The notes beneath the pieces were generated by a model. That model did no database searches. It was not told the DNA's origin and saw nothing but the letters and a program-made list of their open reading frames with translations. Below, one piece after another: positions 10,641 through 19,984 of a DNA stretch of 32,000 nucleotides. Origin of the DNA: Desulfotalea psychrophila LSv54 (GTDB lineage Bacteria > Desulfobacterota > Desulfobulbia > Desulfobulbales > Desulfocapsaceae); the NCBI RefSeq assembly GCF_000025945.1, contig NC_006138.1, positions 420,001 to 452,000 on the forward strand, in the 5' to 3' direction. Each line of letters starts with the position of its first letter. The stretch's first letter is position 1. Position numbers and translations under genes: made by a program.

Positions 10641-10680
10641 GTAAGCTTATCCACTTTTTTAACTGACTTTTACACGTAGT

Positions 10681-11160
10681 TTATTTAAAAGTAATACTTA
10701 AAATATCAGATGTATTAACTGGCAAGGTGCCATAAGCAGCTTTGACTGAAAACGTTTGATTTTGTAATGTCCCCGACAAAACATCGCCATTCTTAAATAT
10801 AATCTTACATTCCCTTCCAATGGCATTGACATCACTTTGTTTAACATTAATGGGTGTCTTACCTGATAGTTTACGTTCGATTTTATTGTCTTGAATGACT
10901 GCTGGCTCGTCTAAAATAATATCTTCAATTTTTTTTACTTCCGAGCATGTTCCATCATTTTTATAGTTAGAGCACTTCCAATATGCATTATTCCACAAGA
11001 CTTTTTCCGGATTCCACATGCGGTTCTTGTTGAAAACACATGTACAGGGTTCCTCATCAGCTTTTTCGCCAATCTTAGATGTTCCTAGCTTGTTGGAGGC
11101 CATTGCGGCGGTACTGGCCAAAACACATAGTATAACAAATAATAGCCCAATTTTTTTCAT
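10681..11160 (-). CDS. Small secreted hypothetical protein, copy 1
   Basis: 159 aa, signal peptide MKKIGLLFVILCVLASTAAMASN. Near-identical to the ORF at 11366-11845. Confidence 0.7.
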   Translation of the reverse strand: MKKIGLLFVILCVLASTAAMASNKLGTSKIGEKADEEPCTCVFNKNRMWNPEKVLWNNAYWKCSNYKNDGTCSEVKKIEDIILDEPAVIQDNKIERKLSGKTPINVKQSDVNAIGRECKIIFKNGDVLSGTLQNQTFSVKAAYGTLPVNTSDILSITFK

Positions 11161-11306
11161 AGCACTTACCTCGTTTTTTAGATTCTAATTTTATCTTAAT
11201 GCAAATTACACTTAGCATTAAAAACCGGACAGCCAAACCTTTTCCCTAAAGGATTTACAATAATGCGGCCTACCAATCGTCGAGGGGGACCAACAGCTAG
11301 CAACTT

Positions 11307-11325
11307 CTATTTGTGCAACAAGGCC
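11307..11325 (-). mobile_element. Solo terminal inverted repeat of the same IS903-like element
   Basis: ctatttgtgcaacaaggcc matches the right end of the 9984-10425 element. Confidence 0.5.
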
Positions 11326-11365
11326 GTAAGCATATCCCATTTTTTAACTGAATTTTACACGTAGT

Positions 11366-11845
11366 TTATTTAAAAGTAATACTTAAAATATCAGACGTAT
11401 TAACTGGCAAGGTGCCATAAGTAGCTTTGACTGAAAACGTTTGATTTTGTAATGTCCCCGACAAAACATCGCCATTCTTAAATATAATCTTACAGTCCCT
11501 TCCAATGGCATTGACATCACTTTGTTTAACATTAACGGGTGTCTTACCTGATGATTTACGTTCGATTTTATTGTCTTGAATGACTGCTGGCTCGTCTAAA
11601 ATAATATCTTCGATTTTTTTTACTTCCGAGCATGTTCCATCATTTTTATAGTTGGAGCACTTCCAATATGCATTATTCCACAAGACTTTTTCCGGATTCC
11701 ACTGGCGGTTATTGTTGAAAACACATGTACAGGGTTCCTCATCAGATGGTCCACCAACCTTACTGGTTCCTTGCTTGTCGGAGGCCATTGCTACGGTACT
11801 GGCCAAAACACATAGTATAACAAATGATAGTCCAATTTTTTTCAT
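11366..11845 (-). CDS. Small secreted hypothetical protein, copy 2
   Basis: 159 aa, MKKIGLSFVILCVLASTVAMASDKQGTSKVGG...; C-terminal CKIIFKNGDVLSGTLQNQTFSVKATYG repeat-like beta motif. Confidence 0.7.
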   Translation of the reverse strand: MKKIGLSFVILCVLASTVAMASDKQGTSKVGGPSDEEPCTCVFNNNRQWNPEKVLWNNAYWKCSNYKNDGTCSEVKKIEDIILDEPAVIQDNKIERKSSGKTPVNVKQSDVNAIGRDCKIIFKNGDVLSGTLQNQTFSVKATYGTLPVNTSDILSITFK

Positions 11846-12549
11846 AGCACTTACCTCGTTTTTTAGATTCTAATTTTATCTTAATGCAAATTACACTTAG
11901 CATTAAAAACCGGACAGCCAAACCTTTTCCCTAAAGGATTTACAATAATGCGGCCTATAGAAAACTGGCTGCGAACAAAAAACGGCTTTTTCAAAAAGGT
12001 GATATATTCACATTTCAATTACTTACCATACCCCGCCCCCCATTGCATTTCAAATGCATTGCCCCCATTTGCATACACGGGCATATGGGGCGGAATCAGC
12101 ATGATATTGCTATACCGAATATGTGAAAACTTTTTATAGGGTTGCTCCATGGCAGATAATATCTCCAATACCAATTCAGGCATTGCCTAAAACACAAATT
12201 CCCCAAATCCCATGATCAGCCATTCTTTCAGGCTGATATCTCCGTCCAGATATGGATTACACAAATATTCATTTTACAAAGATTATGTATTGGGTCCCTG
12301 ATGATTGTAAGAGATGAAAATAGCTGACTCCCCCACAACGATCTCACAATTTCCATTATCACCAGCGGGGATATATTTTCAGACTTACTCCCGACAGTCT
12401 CACCATAGAGCTGTATCCTTTTTGCCGAAGGGAAGGAGAGGGGGGAAAAAGAGAAAAAAAGCTTGATAACGACAAGACCTTCGAACTAATTTTGTCATTA
12501 GGGTAAGATTAGAAAATGGATCAACCACACTCACACCCAAGGATAGAAT

Positions 12550-13833
12550 ATGGAAGTACAAAGGTTTCAACTGCATAATATAGGCTGTTTTGAACAACTG
12601 GAAATTTTGCTCGCTCCCACAAAAGAGAACAACAGCAATATTACTGTATTTATTGGTAATAATGGTGCAGGCAAGACCTCATTATTAAAATCTTTGGCAA
12701 CATCCCTAAGCTGGTTGGTCTCTCGCATTCGAAGCGAGGCGGGCAGTGGTAGCCCTATCCCAGAACTCGTTATCCAAAATAGCAAAAACTCCGCAGCGAT
12801 TGATATTCAAGTTTCTGATAAAAATATCACTACCTCCTCTGCAAAAGATCTCTCTGCCCCCTCAACCTTTGAGTGGAGAATTGCCAAATCTCGAAAGGGA
12901 CGAAAGGGAGAACATAAGAGCCTATTACAACAGGCGAGTCTCTTGGCAAACGCCTATCGCGATCGACTCTCGGCAGATGAACAAACGGCTTTACCGCTCA
13001 TGGCTTTTTATTCTGTTGAGCGTGTTGTTATTGAAATACCTCTACGGATAAAGGGCAAGCATAGCTTTCTCCAGCTCGATGGATACGACAACTCACTACA
13101 GCAAGGAGTTGATTTCAAACGTTTCTTTGAGTGGTTCAGAAAAAGAGAGGATACAGAAAACGAATCGATTATCCCCCCTGAGATCTTGAAACAGCTACAG
13201 GAGCTTACAGAGGAAAACAGCAGCCTGCAACAGGAGTTACAAAAGCTGAATGCCTCAAACAGAGACCGACAGCTCACAGCAGTACGGACCGCCATCAGTA
13301 GCTTTATGCCCGGATTTACCAATCTGAGAGTACGAAGAAAACCACGCCTGCATATGGCCATCGACAAAGATGGAGACACCTTTGATGTAGCCCAACTTTC
13401 CCAGGGAGAAAAGTCTCTGATGACCCTGGTTGGTGATATTGCCCGACGTCTGGCCATGATGAATCCTGGACGGCAAAACCCTCTTGAAGGGGAGGGAATC
13501 ATCCTCATCGATGAGGTTGATATGCATCTCCACCCGCGCTGGCAACGTACGGTCCTTGCCAATCTGAGCAAGACCTTCCCTCATTGTCAGTTTGTGGTAA
13601 GCACCCACTCACCACTGGTGGTGAGCGATATGGCCAACACCCTCTGCTACTCTTTGGACAATGGCATGCTAAAAGAGATTAAGGGGCTCTATGGTCAGGA
13701 TGCCAATCAGGTGCTCACCATTGTGATGGACACGGCAAGTCGCTCCGAAGAGATACAGGAAAAACTGGATAGGGTGCTTGACTCTCTACAGGATGGGGAC
13801 TTAGAGGGGCTAGCTGAAAGACAAGGAGCATAA
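12550..13833 (+). CDS. AAA family ATPase, PtuA-like (retron/Septu-associated ATPase superfamily), apparently orphan
   Basis: FIGNNGAGKTSLLKSLA Walker A, LSQGEKSLMTLVGDIARRLA signature, GIILIDEVDMHLHPRWQ Walker B, FVVSTHSPLVVSD, C-terminal LYGQDANQVLTIVMDTASRSEEIQEKLDRVLDSL. Confidence 0.8.
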   Translation: MEVQRFQLHNIGCFEQLEILLAPTKENNSNITVFIGNNGAGKTSLLKSLATSLSWLVSRIRSEAGSGSPIPELVIQNSKNSAAIDIQVSDKNITTSSAKDLSAPSTFEWRIAKSRKGRKGEHKSLLQQASLLANAYRDRLSADEQTALPLMAFYSVERVVIEIPLRIKGKHSFLQLDGYDNSLQQGVDFKRFFEWFRKREDTENESIIPPEILKQLQELTEENSSLQQELQKLNASNRDRQLTAVRTAISSFMPGFTNLRVRRKPRLHMAIDKDGDTFDVAQLSQGEKSLMTLVGDIARRLAMMNPGRQNPLEGEGIILIDEVDMHLHPRWQRTVLANLSKTFPHCQFVVSTHSPLVVSDMANTLCYSLDNGMLKEIKGLYGQDANQVLTIVMDTASRSEEIQEKLDRVLDSLQDGDLEGLAERQGA

Positions 13834-13968
13834 CAGGGCGTTTTCCCAATGTTATAAACAGGGCTAGTAACAGCTTAGATTCACATGCTCCTCCACTGCC
13901 TCAGGTCGATCTGGCAGGAGCCCTAGGTAAGAAATAGGGGTTTTACCTCAAAGAAAGGGGCTGAACAA

Positions 13969-14000
13969 AAAAAGGGCGCAATTCTGGGAATTGTGCCCTG
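13969..14000 (-). terminator. Rho-independent terminator for the minus-strand PUA/EVE-like genes
   Basis: aaaaaaaGGGCGCAATTctgggAATTGTGCCC: 10-bp stem (one G-U) with the T tract on the minus strand, just past the stop at 14057. Confidence 0.7.
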
Positions 14001-14056
14001 AGTAGATGGTTGAGGTCGGCATCAACACTGAGTTGCCCCAGAATGCCTGTTAACTT

Positions 14057-14473
14057 TTAAAAATTCTGGTGAGAGGCTATCGCGGCAAAGAGCTTTTTGT
14101 AACTTACTTGGCTAGAAACATTGACTACCGTACCATTCACCATAGTAATACCGATATCATTTCTGTTTATTGAGTTGGTTGGCTTAAAATCACTGTCAAA
14201 ATCAGCCTTCCATAACCAATTCACATCTACCCAATGTTCTATTTTTGCCATAGCACTGAAGTCATGACCTTCATAGGGCGTCACCACTGCACCCACAGAA
14301 ATTATTCTATTTTTATTGTGATAGAGAAGAACAAGGTCACCTTTCTCAATTTTATCTACTTCACTGGCTTTTCCATAAAATGCTGCAGCCTTATTTTGTC
14401 TGAGCATGTATTTAAACGCATTGGGATTACCATTCTTGTCTTTACTATTTGTATTTACTAACCAAGTTTTCAA
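14057..14473 (-). CDS. EVE/PUA-like domain protein
   Basis: MKTWLVNTNSKDKNGNPNAFKYMLRQNKAAAFYGKASEVDKIEKGDLVLLYHNKNRIISVGAVV: EVE/PUA-like pattern (W-x-V start; KGDxVLLY..nxxIxxVGxV). Confidence 0.5.
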   Translation of the reverse strand: MKTWLVNTNSKDKNGNPNAFKYMLRQNKAAAFYGKASEVDKIEKGDLVLLYHNKNRIISVGAVVTPYEGHDFSAMAKIEHWVDVNWLWKADFDSDFKPTNSINRNDIGITMVNGTVVNVSSQVSYKKLFAAIASHQNF

Positions 14474-14542
14474 AATTTCACCTCTGCTCTGTAAAAGTTA
14501 ACGCCAAATGTATGAAAAAGCTTAAAAACCAGCCTATTTTTT

Positions 14543-15145
14543 TTATTCTGCCCCAAGCAAGGCAATAGCGGCCTGTAGACGCACATGCTCGTCCTCGCTT
14601 GCCAACAAATCACAAAGAACTTTTATTGCTTCATCCCGTATCCCTTTTACTTGACTATCTTCATCCTCAGGTCGCCGAAAATCATTGTTTATAAAGTCTT
14701 CTATAAGCATGTGGTGCTGAGAAATACTTGAGAGGGTCTTACGTGCCCCGGACAAAGATTTACGCACTGGCATAGGGAGATCTTTTCGAGAGACGGTCTT
14801 GAGATGTTTGACTAAAATGAAATGCGGATTTCCTTCTGGCGAGATCTCTTTTACAAGATTATACCGACAGGTCGTCTTAGTTTTAAAAATATGCACAAGT
14901 TTTTTATCTCTGATAGAGGGCGTTAAGACTAAAGCACCCTCTGGCATATGAACAAATATATCAACCATAGACACCGAGATAGCTGATATATCTGGATAAC
15001 GACCCAACAAAGCCCTCTCTATTTCTGACCGATTTTCCCCAGTTAGATCCTTACCGCATGGCCAGCCTATACTGATGCAACCTTCTAAAAATTGTGCTTC
15101 CCGATTGATGCCGTCTGGTTTTGCTCTTAAAATTATTGCCTTCAT
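14543..15145 (-). CDS. PUA/EVE-like (Mrr-N-terminal-like) protein with C-terminal HEAT-like segment
   Basis: MKAIILRAKPDGINREAQFLEGCISIGWPCGKDLTG...EIERALLGRYPD followed by GALVLTPSIRDKKLVHIFK resembles N-terminal modules of restriction proteins. Tail IKVLCDLLASEDEHVRLQAAIALLG is HEAT-like. ATG at 15145 preferred over the upstream start in the track. Confidence 0.5.
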   Translation of the reverse strand: MKAIILRAKPDGINREAQFLEGCISIGWPCGKDLTGENRSEIERALLGRYPDISAISVSMVDIFVHMPEGALVLTPSIRDKKLVHIFKTKTTCRYNLVKEISPEGNPHFILVKHLKTVSRKDLPMPVRKSLSGARKTLSSISQHHMLIEDFINNDFRRPEDEDSQVKGIRDEAIKVLCDLLASEDEHVRLQAAIALLGAE

Positions 15146-15334
15146 AAAATCTCCTCTAAATTGATTTTCACAACCAAGGCCCCTCATGGTTCATAGTACC
15201 TCTAAAAGCGTCTTTTCGACTTCTATGAAACAACTGAACGAGAAACAATGCAAGCTTTTCTCAACCTCTTAGTTCTCCTGAGAAGGGAAAGTGAAGTTCT
15301 ATGTACATGGTGACTTTGCTTTTCTACTTACCTG

Positions 15335-15426
15335 TCTTGCCACCCAGTTTACCGACAAGGGGCTGGGCTTCCCGTCGTCCTGGAAATTATTCGCTTATGG
15401 GGCGATTTGCTCAAGGTGGAGATCAG
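15335..15426 (+). pseudogene. Remnant of a histidine kinase C-terminal ATPase region
   Basis: cacccagtttaccgacaaggggctgggcttcccgtcgtcctggaaattattcgcttatggggcga reads TQFTDKGLG / LPVVLEIIRLWGD with one frameshift. Parallels TQFPGRGLGLPVVLGIIRSWGG of the kinase at 4100-6166. Confidence 0.7.
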
Positions 15427-15775
15427 GTAAGAATACCTGAAAAGGTTAGTACAGGTTTATGGATAAACAGTTCAGGCTAACATGTTAGAATAAATGCAAC
15501 AAATCCTAGTTCACGAAGATCGATATGTGGTATCTTTGTTCTTGGGTGAATTGGCAGTAATTTTTTGCTTTCCATTAAACAAACCTTGGACTGAAGTGCA
15601 AGATCGGAAGCCCCATCTCCAACTCACTCACTTTTCAAATTTTAATCTGCTGTACTTACTGTACCAATCAATCATCAATTTCTCGGAACTACAACAAAAG
15701 TGCTGTAGGTTGGCCAAGTTACACACTCACAAAAACTTTTTATAACCTTGGCTAATTTAAACATTGAGGTGCAAA

Positions 15776-17848
15776 ATGAAAGAAAGAGCAATAGGGTACC
15801 TGCGAAATGCCCTTAATAAACCAGAAGCAAATTTTCGTGATGGGCAATGGGAAAGTATTGAGCAGTTGCTGAATAACAAACGGGTTTTAGTCGTTCAGCG
15901 AACAGGTTGGGGAAAAAGCATGGTATACTTTCTTGCAACTAAGCTTTTGCGTGAGCAGGGGGCTGGTCCGACCCTATTGATATCACCACTTTTATCGCTA
16001 ATGCGTAACCAAGTTGAGGCGGCTACACGAATTGGTGTTAGAGCAAAAACAATTAACAGTACCAATAATGAGGAATGGGACACCGTTCAAACAGAACTGG
16101 AAGCCAATCAAGTTGATGTACTGCTTATCTCACCTGAGAAGTTAGGTAATGATGATTTTCGACAGAATATCTTATCAACTATGGCTGATAAGGTAGGATT
16201 GTTTGTTGTGGATGAGGCACATTGTATTTCTGATTGGGGGCATGATTTCAGACCCAAGTACAGACAAATTGTACGGGTGCTCCAAGCTTTACCATCAAAT
16301 ATCCCTGTTCTTGCAACAACAGCGACTGCTAATAATAGGGTTGTAGATGACGTTAAATCGCAATTGGGTGATGACATTGAACTCATAAGAGGTTCACTTG
16401 TTCGTCAAAGCCTTAGACTTCAGAATATAACAATGCCAAGCTCTGCTGCGAGATTGGCTTGGCTTGCCCAGACCATTCCTAAACTTCCTGCTAGCGGCAT
16501 CGTCTACACTTTGACAAAAAGGGATGCTGATAGAGTCACTGAGTGGCTTCAACTAGTTAATATAGATGCTAAAGCTTACTACAATGGTGTTCCTAACAGA
16601 GAGGATCTTGAACAACAGTTATTTCATAATGAAGTAAAAGTACTGGTCGCAACAGTTGCACTGGGGATGGGCTTTGATAAGCCTGATTTAGGGTTTGTTA
16701 TCCATTTTCAAAGACCTAGTTCTGTTGTTCATTATTATCAGCAAGTTGGTCGTGCAGGGCGGGCTGTTGAAGAGGCATATGGCATTTTATTGAGTGGAAC
16801 AGAAGACGATCAGATTACGGACTTCTTTATCCGTAGTGCTTTTCCTCCACAAAAACATATATCGGAAGTAATTAGGGTGCTTGATGAATCAAATGACGGT
16901 CTATCTTCTTACTCTATGGAAAAAGTTTTGAATCTTCGGACTAAACAAATTATGAACACCATAGACTATCTTGCTGCTGAGTCACCCGCACCAGTTGTAA
17001 AAGTTGGGACAAAGTGGAATGCGACTGCCACAGCTTCAACGTATAGAATTAACCAAGAAAACATAGATGCAATCACTGCCATTCGTCGCCAAGAACAGCA
17101 GCAAATGCATGAGTACATGCAACATACTGGTTGCTTAATGGCATTTCTGCAAGATGCACTGGATGATCCAGCACCTCAAAATTGTGGAAAATGCCAAAAC
17201 TGCGCACCAGAGTTACGGCTCGATGAAAGCTACGATAATGACTTGGCCAATAAGGCGGGCCTTTTTTTGCGCCGGAGTTATCAACCCGTTAAAGCAAAAA
17301 AAAAATGGCCACCCCACAACCCGTTACCAACCTACAATTTTTCTGGCATGATACGAGAGAATTTAATAGCATCTGAGGGTCGTGCGTTAAGTCTCTGGCG
17401 TGATGCCGGATGGGGCGAATTGATTTATAAAGGGAAATATGAGGATAATCATTTTTCTGATGTCTTGGTGACAGCTTGTGTGGAAATGTTGCGAGAATGG
17501 GCACCCGAGGAGGCACCCAAATGGGTTACTTGTATACCATCTATCAACCATCCTGATTTGGTACCAAATTTCGCAAAACGTCTGGCTAGGGCGTTAGAGA
17601 TACCGTTCGTAGATTGCGTTGTAAAAGTACAAAATAATCAACAACAAAAAACTATGGAAAACAGCTTTCAACAAGCAAGAAATTTGGATGGTGTTTTTAA
17701 GGTTAATCTCGAATCTAGAGCATATAGCCCATGCTTGCTTATTGATGACATGGTTGATTCTGGTTGGACTTTCACTGTTGCGGCTGCCCTATTACGACAA
17801 GTTGGTTGCACCGCAGTTTATCCTTTAGCTCTAGCGCTGAATTCTTAA
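15776..17848 (+). CDS. rqlH: RecQ-like helicase with C-terminal phosphoribosyltransferase-like domain (RqlH / PsyrT-like)
   Basis: VVQRTGWGKSMVYFLATKLL, VVDEAHCISDWGHDFRPKYRQI, ATTATANNRVV, HYYQQVGRAGRAVEEAYG, and PRTase motif YSPCLLIDDMVDSGWTFTVAAALLRQVG. ATG at 15776 preferred over the TTG at 15764. Confidence 0.85.
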   Translation: MKERAIGYLRNALNKPEANFRDGQWESIEQLLNNKRVLVVQRTGWGKSMVYFLATKLLREQGAGPTLLISPLLSLMRNQVEAATRIGVRAKTINSTNNEEWDTVQTELEANQVDVLLISPEKLGNDDFRQNILSTMADKVGLFVVDEAHCISDWGHDFRPKYRQIVRVLQALPSNIPVLATTATANNRVVDDVKSQLGDDIELIRGSLVRQSLRLQNITMPSSAARLAWLAQTIPKLPASGIVYTLTKRDADRVTEWLQLVNIDAKAYYNGVPNREDLEQQLFHNEVKVLVATVALGMGFDKPDLGFVIHFQRPSSVVHYYQQVGRAGRAVEEAYGILLSGTEDDQITDFFIRSAFPPQKHISEVIRVLDESNDGLSSYSMEKVLNLRTKQIMNTIDYLAAESPAPVVKVGTKWNATATASTYRINQENIDAITAIRRQEQQQMHEYMQHTGCLMAFLQDALDDPAPQNCGKCQNCAPELRLDESYDNDLANKAGLFLRRSYQPVKAKKKWPPHNPLPTYNFSGMIRENLIASEGRALSLWRDAGWGELIYKGKYEDNHFSDVLVTACVEMLREWAPEEAPKWVTCIPSINHPDLVPNFAKRLARALEIPFVDCVVKVQNNQQQKTMENSFQQARNLDGVFKVNLESRAYSPCLLIDDMVDSGWTFTVAAALLRQVGCTAVYPLALALNS

Positions 17849-17863
17849 AGAATGGATTGATTT

Positions 17864-19150
17864 ATGAGTAACTATTTAACAGATGATACAAAGGCAATAA
17901 TCCTGCTTTGCGGATTCTTTGGAAAAGACAGCTCTACCAAGCCATTGTCGCAGGGAGATTACAACAAGCTTGTTGATTGGTTGATCAGTTCTGGCATGCG
18001 ACCAAAAGATTTGCTACAGCAAGAAAACATCGACCCAGCAGCAAAAGGATCAGGAATATACCAACAACGGTTAGAGGCCTTGCTCGGACGTGGAGTTCAA
18101 CTAGGCTTCGCCGTTGAGGAGTGGCAGCGTAATGGTATCTGGATTATTAGCCGAAGTGATACTGACTACCCAACACGATACAAAAATCATTTGGGTAAGC
18201 AAGCTCCGCCATTGCTTTTTGGTGTTGGTGATCGCTCGTTACTAACTGGTGGTGGTCTCGCGATCATAGGTTCTCGAAATGTAGATGAAATAGGCGGGAA
18301 TTTTACACGAGAGGTAGGTGCATTATGTGCTCAGAATAGGATGCCTGTCGTGTCAGGTGGTGCCCGTGGTGTAGATCAGTTTTCGATGACAGCGGCACTT
18401 GATGCCGGGGGCATGACTATTGGAGTTCTTGCCGATAGCCTTCTGAAAAAGAGCCTGGAACGTACTGCGCGTAAAGCAATTGCAAGGGGAAGGCTACTAC
18501 TCATTTCTGCTTGTCACCCCAATGCACGGTTCACCGTTGGAACCGCTATGGGGCGAAATAAGCTTATTTATGCCATGGCTGATTATGGTCTGGTTGTAAG
18601 CGCCGAACATAAAAAAGGCGGAACTTGGGCTGGGGCAGATGAAGAGTTAAAACGAGAACACTCTATTCCTGTGTTCGTGAGGCAAGGGAACGATGTCCCA
18701 CTCGGCAATTCAAAGCTTTTAGGCTTAGGTGCAATTGCTTGGCCAGACAAGGTTGACCATCAAAATCTAAGGGGACAGCTTACTGAGCTTTCGTCCCAAT
18801 GTGCCCAAAAGAGTACTCAGAAAAATATGAGCCTACTCGACTTTCAAGAGAGGCAAAAAGAACCGGCCAAGGAGCTCCCTAAAGCAGAGAGTATCGAATT
18901 AACCGAGTCTTCCAATGTTGTTGAAGATACTGCTGCAAAACACTCAGTCACTACAGTGTATGAAACTGTTTTGCCCCTCATATTAGAAAAGCTTGAATCC
19001 CCCACAACGGTTGACGAACTAATATCATCGCTGGATGTGGTTAAAACACAACTCAATGTATGGTTGAAAAAAGCACTTGAGGAAAAAAGAGTGGTTAAGC
19101 TGACACGTCCAGTAAAATATCAAAGGATTAGTTCGAAAGAACAGACGTAA
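17864..19150 (+). CDS. rqlI: DprA/Smf-like Rossmann protein (RqlI / PsyrA-like)
   Basis: LAIIGSRNVDEIGGNFTREVG...VVSGGARGVDQFSMTAAL...GITIGVLADSL-type DprA motifs, 15 bp downstream of rqlH, same strand. Confidence 0.85.
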   Translation: MSNYLTDDTKAIILLCGFFGKDSSTKPLSQGDYNKLVDWLISSGMRPKDLLQQENIDPAAKGSGIYQQRLEALLGRGVQLGFAVEEWQRNGIWIISRSDTDYPTRYKNHLGKQAPPLLFGVGDRSLLTGGGLAIIGSRNVDEIGGNFTREVGALCAQNRMPVVSGGARGVDQFSMTAALDAGGMTIGVLADSLLKKSLERTARKAIARGRLLLISACHPNARFTVGTAMGRNKLIYAMADYGLVVSAEHKKGGTWAGADEELKREHSIPVFVRQGNDVPLGNSKLLGLGAIAWPDKVDHQNLRGQLTELSSQCAQKSTQKNMSLLDFQERQKEPAKELPKAESIELTESSNVVEDTAAKHSVTTVYETVLPLILEKLESPTTVDELISSLDVVKTQLNVWLKKALEEKRVVKLTRPVKYQRISSKEQT

Positions 19151-19424
19151 TACACTGATATAAATTACAGAAAATGCCCGGACAGAAAGTTTGTTACAGC
19201 TCACAATAAAGTTTGGGTTAACAACATAACCTATATCTTGAAAGGGATTTGCCTACGGCCCCCCCTTCTTTGACGTAGACCCGACCTAAAGGGCTCCCCA
19301 CTGTCCAGAGAGGCCGCCCAGGGGGCAATTGGAGGGATGTAAGAACAAGAGGACTACAGGGCACTGCCTGAAGACAAGCGGGGCTACTGCGGAAAGGGGA
19401 AGGCTAGGAAAAAAGCACAAAAAA

Positions 19425-19478
19425 GGGTCCAATCTCTAATTGAAGAAATTGAGCCCTGAGCAAATGGTGCGGAGGTCG
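19425..19478 (-). repeat. Terminator-like hairpin plus tRNA-3'-end-like sequence (TGGTGCGGAGGTCGG), copy 2
   Basis: aaaaaagcacaaaaaaGGGtccAATctctaattgaagaaATTgaGCCCtgagcaaaTGGTGCGGAGGTCGGaaaCGAAttaa. Same layout as 21071-21134. Confidence 0.55.
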
Positions 19479-19552
19479 GAAACGAATTAATCAGCTAAGC
19501 CACTTAAAAGGCAGATTTTTATGACACACTTTTGGGTACAATCTGGATTATC

Positions 19553-19981
19553 CTACTCAGCGTCAGAATCTTTTTCACGGAGTACCACTGGTATTTGAGT
19601 TACTTTTTTCCAGCGTCCACCTTCACTTTTACAGGAGACTTCAAAAAAGTATCGGCCAGGGCCCGGGGCCTCTACACCTTCCACCCTTGTTCCGAAGTCT
19701 CCTCCATAGGTTCCTTCTTTAATTGTAAACTCTTGTTCACCTACTACCCCAATAGCCTTCTCTGCACTATCCAGCAAAGTTATTTTCACAGTGAACAACT
19801 CGTCACTATTTGCATCGCCCCCATCTCTGTACCACTTGGAAAAAAGCAAAAAACCTGGAAAGTGTGGACCTTCTTTTTTGTTGTAAAACCCAACTTTCAC
19901 CAGATCTTGAAGAGACATTAACCCTGTCAACTCATCTTTAATAACCCGTAAACATGCAACCGATGTTATATGTTTTGGCAT
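19553..19981 (-). CDS. DUF6941-like hypothetical protein, third gene of the hic operon
   Basis: 142 aa: SVACLRVIKDELTGLMSLQDLVKVGFYN...FSKWYRDGGDANSDELFTVKITLLD. Starts 3 bp after the hicB stop. Confidence 0.5.
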   Translation of the reverse strand: MPKHITSVACLRVIKDELTGLMSLQDLVKVGFYNKKEGPHFPGFLLFSKWYRDGGDANSDELFTVKITLLDSAEKAIGVVGEQEFTIKEGTYGGDFGTRVEGVEAPGPGRYFFEVSCKSEGGRWKKVTQIPVVLREKDSDAE

Positions 19982-19984
19982 GCT

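Larger units (their letters stand above)
10641..11958. repeat. Tandem direct duplication (units about 10641-11273 and 11326-11958, period 685 bp)
   Basis: The two units share gtaagc.tatcc..tttttaactga...tacacgtagtttatttaaaag through to ccctaaaggatttacaataatgcggccta at a constant offset of 685. Confidence 0.9.

Noticed and set aside
15494-15745. 83 aa ORF upstream of rqlH
   Set aside because: No convincing RBS or domain; probably intergenic sequence that may contain the rqlHI promoter.
15776-19150. RecQ-PRTase + DprA-like pair as a brand-new defence system
   Set aside because: The domain combination and gene order match the described RqlHI / PsyrTA system. Only its neighbourhood is reported as potentially new.
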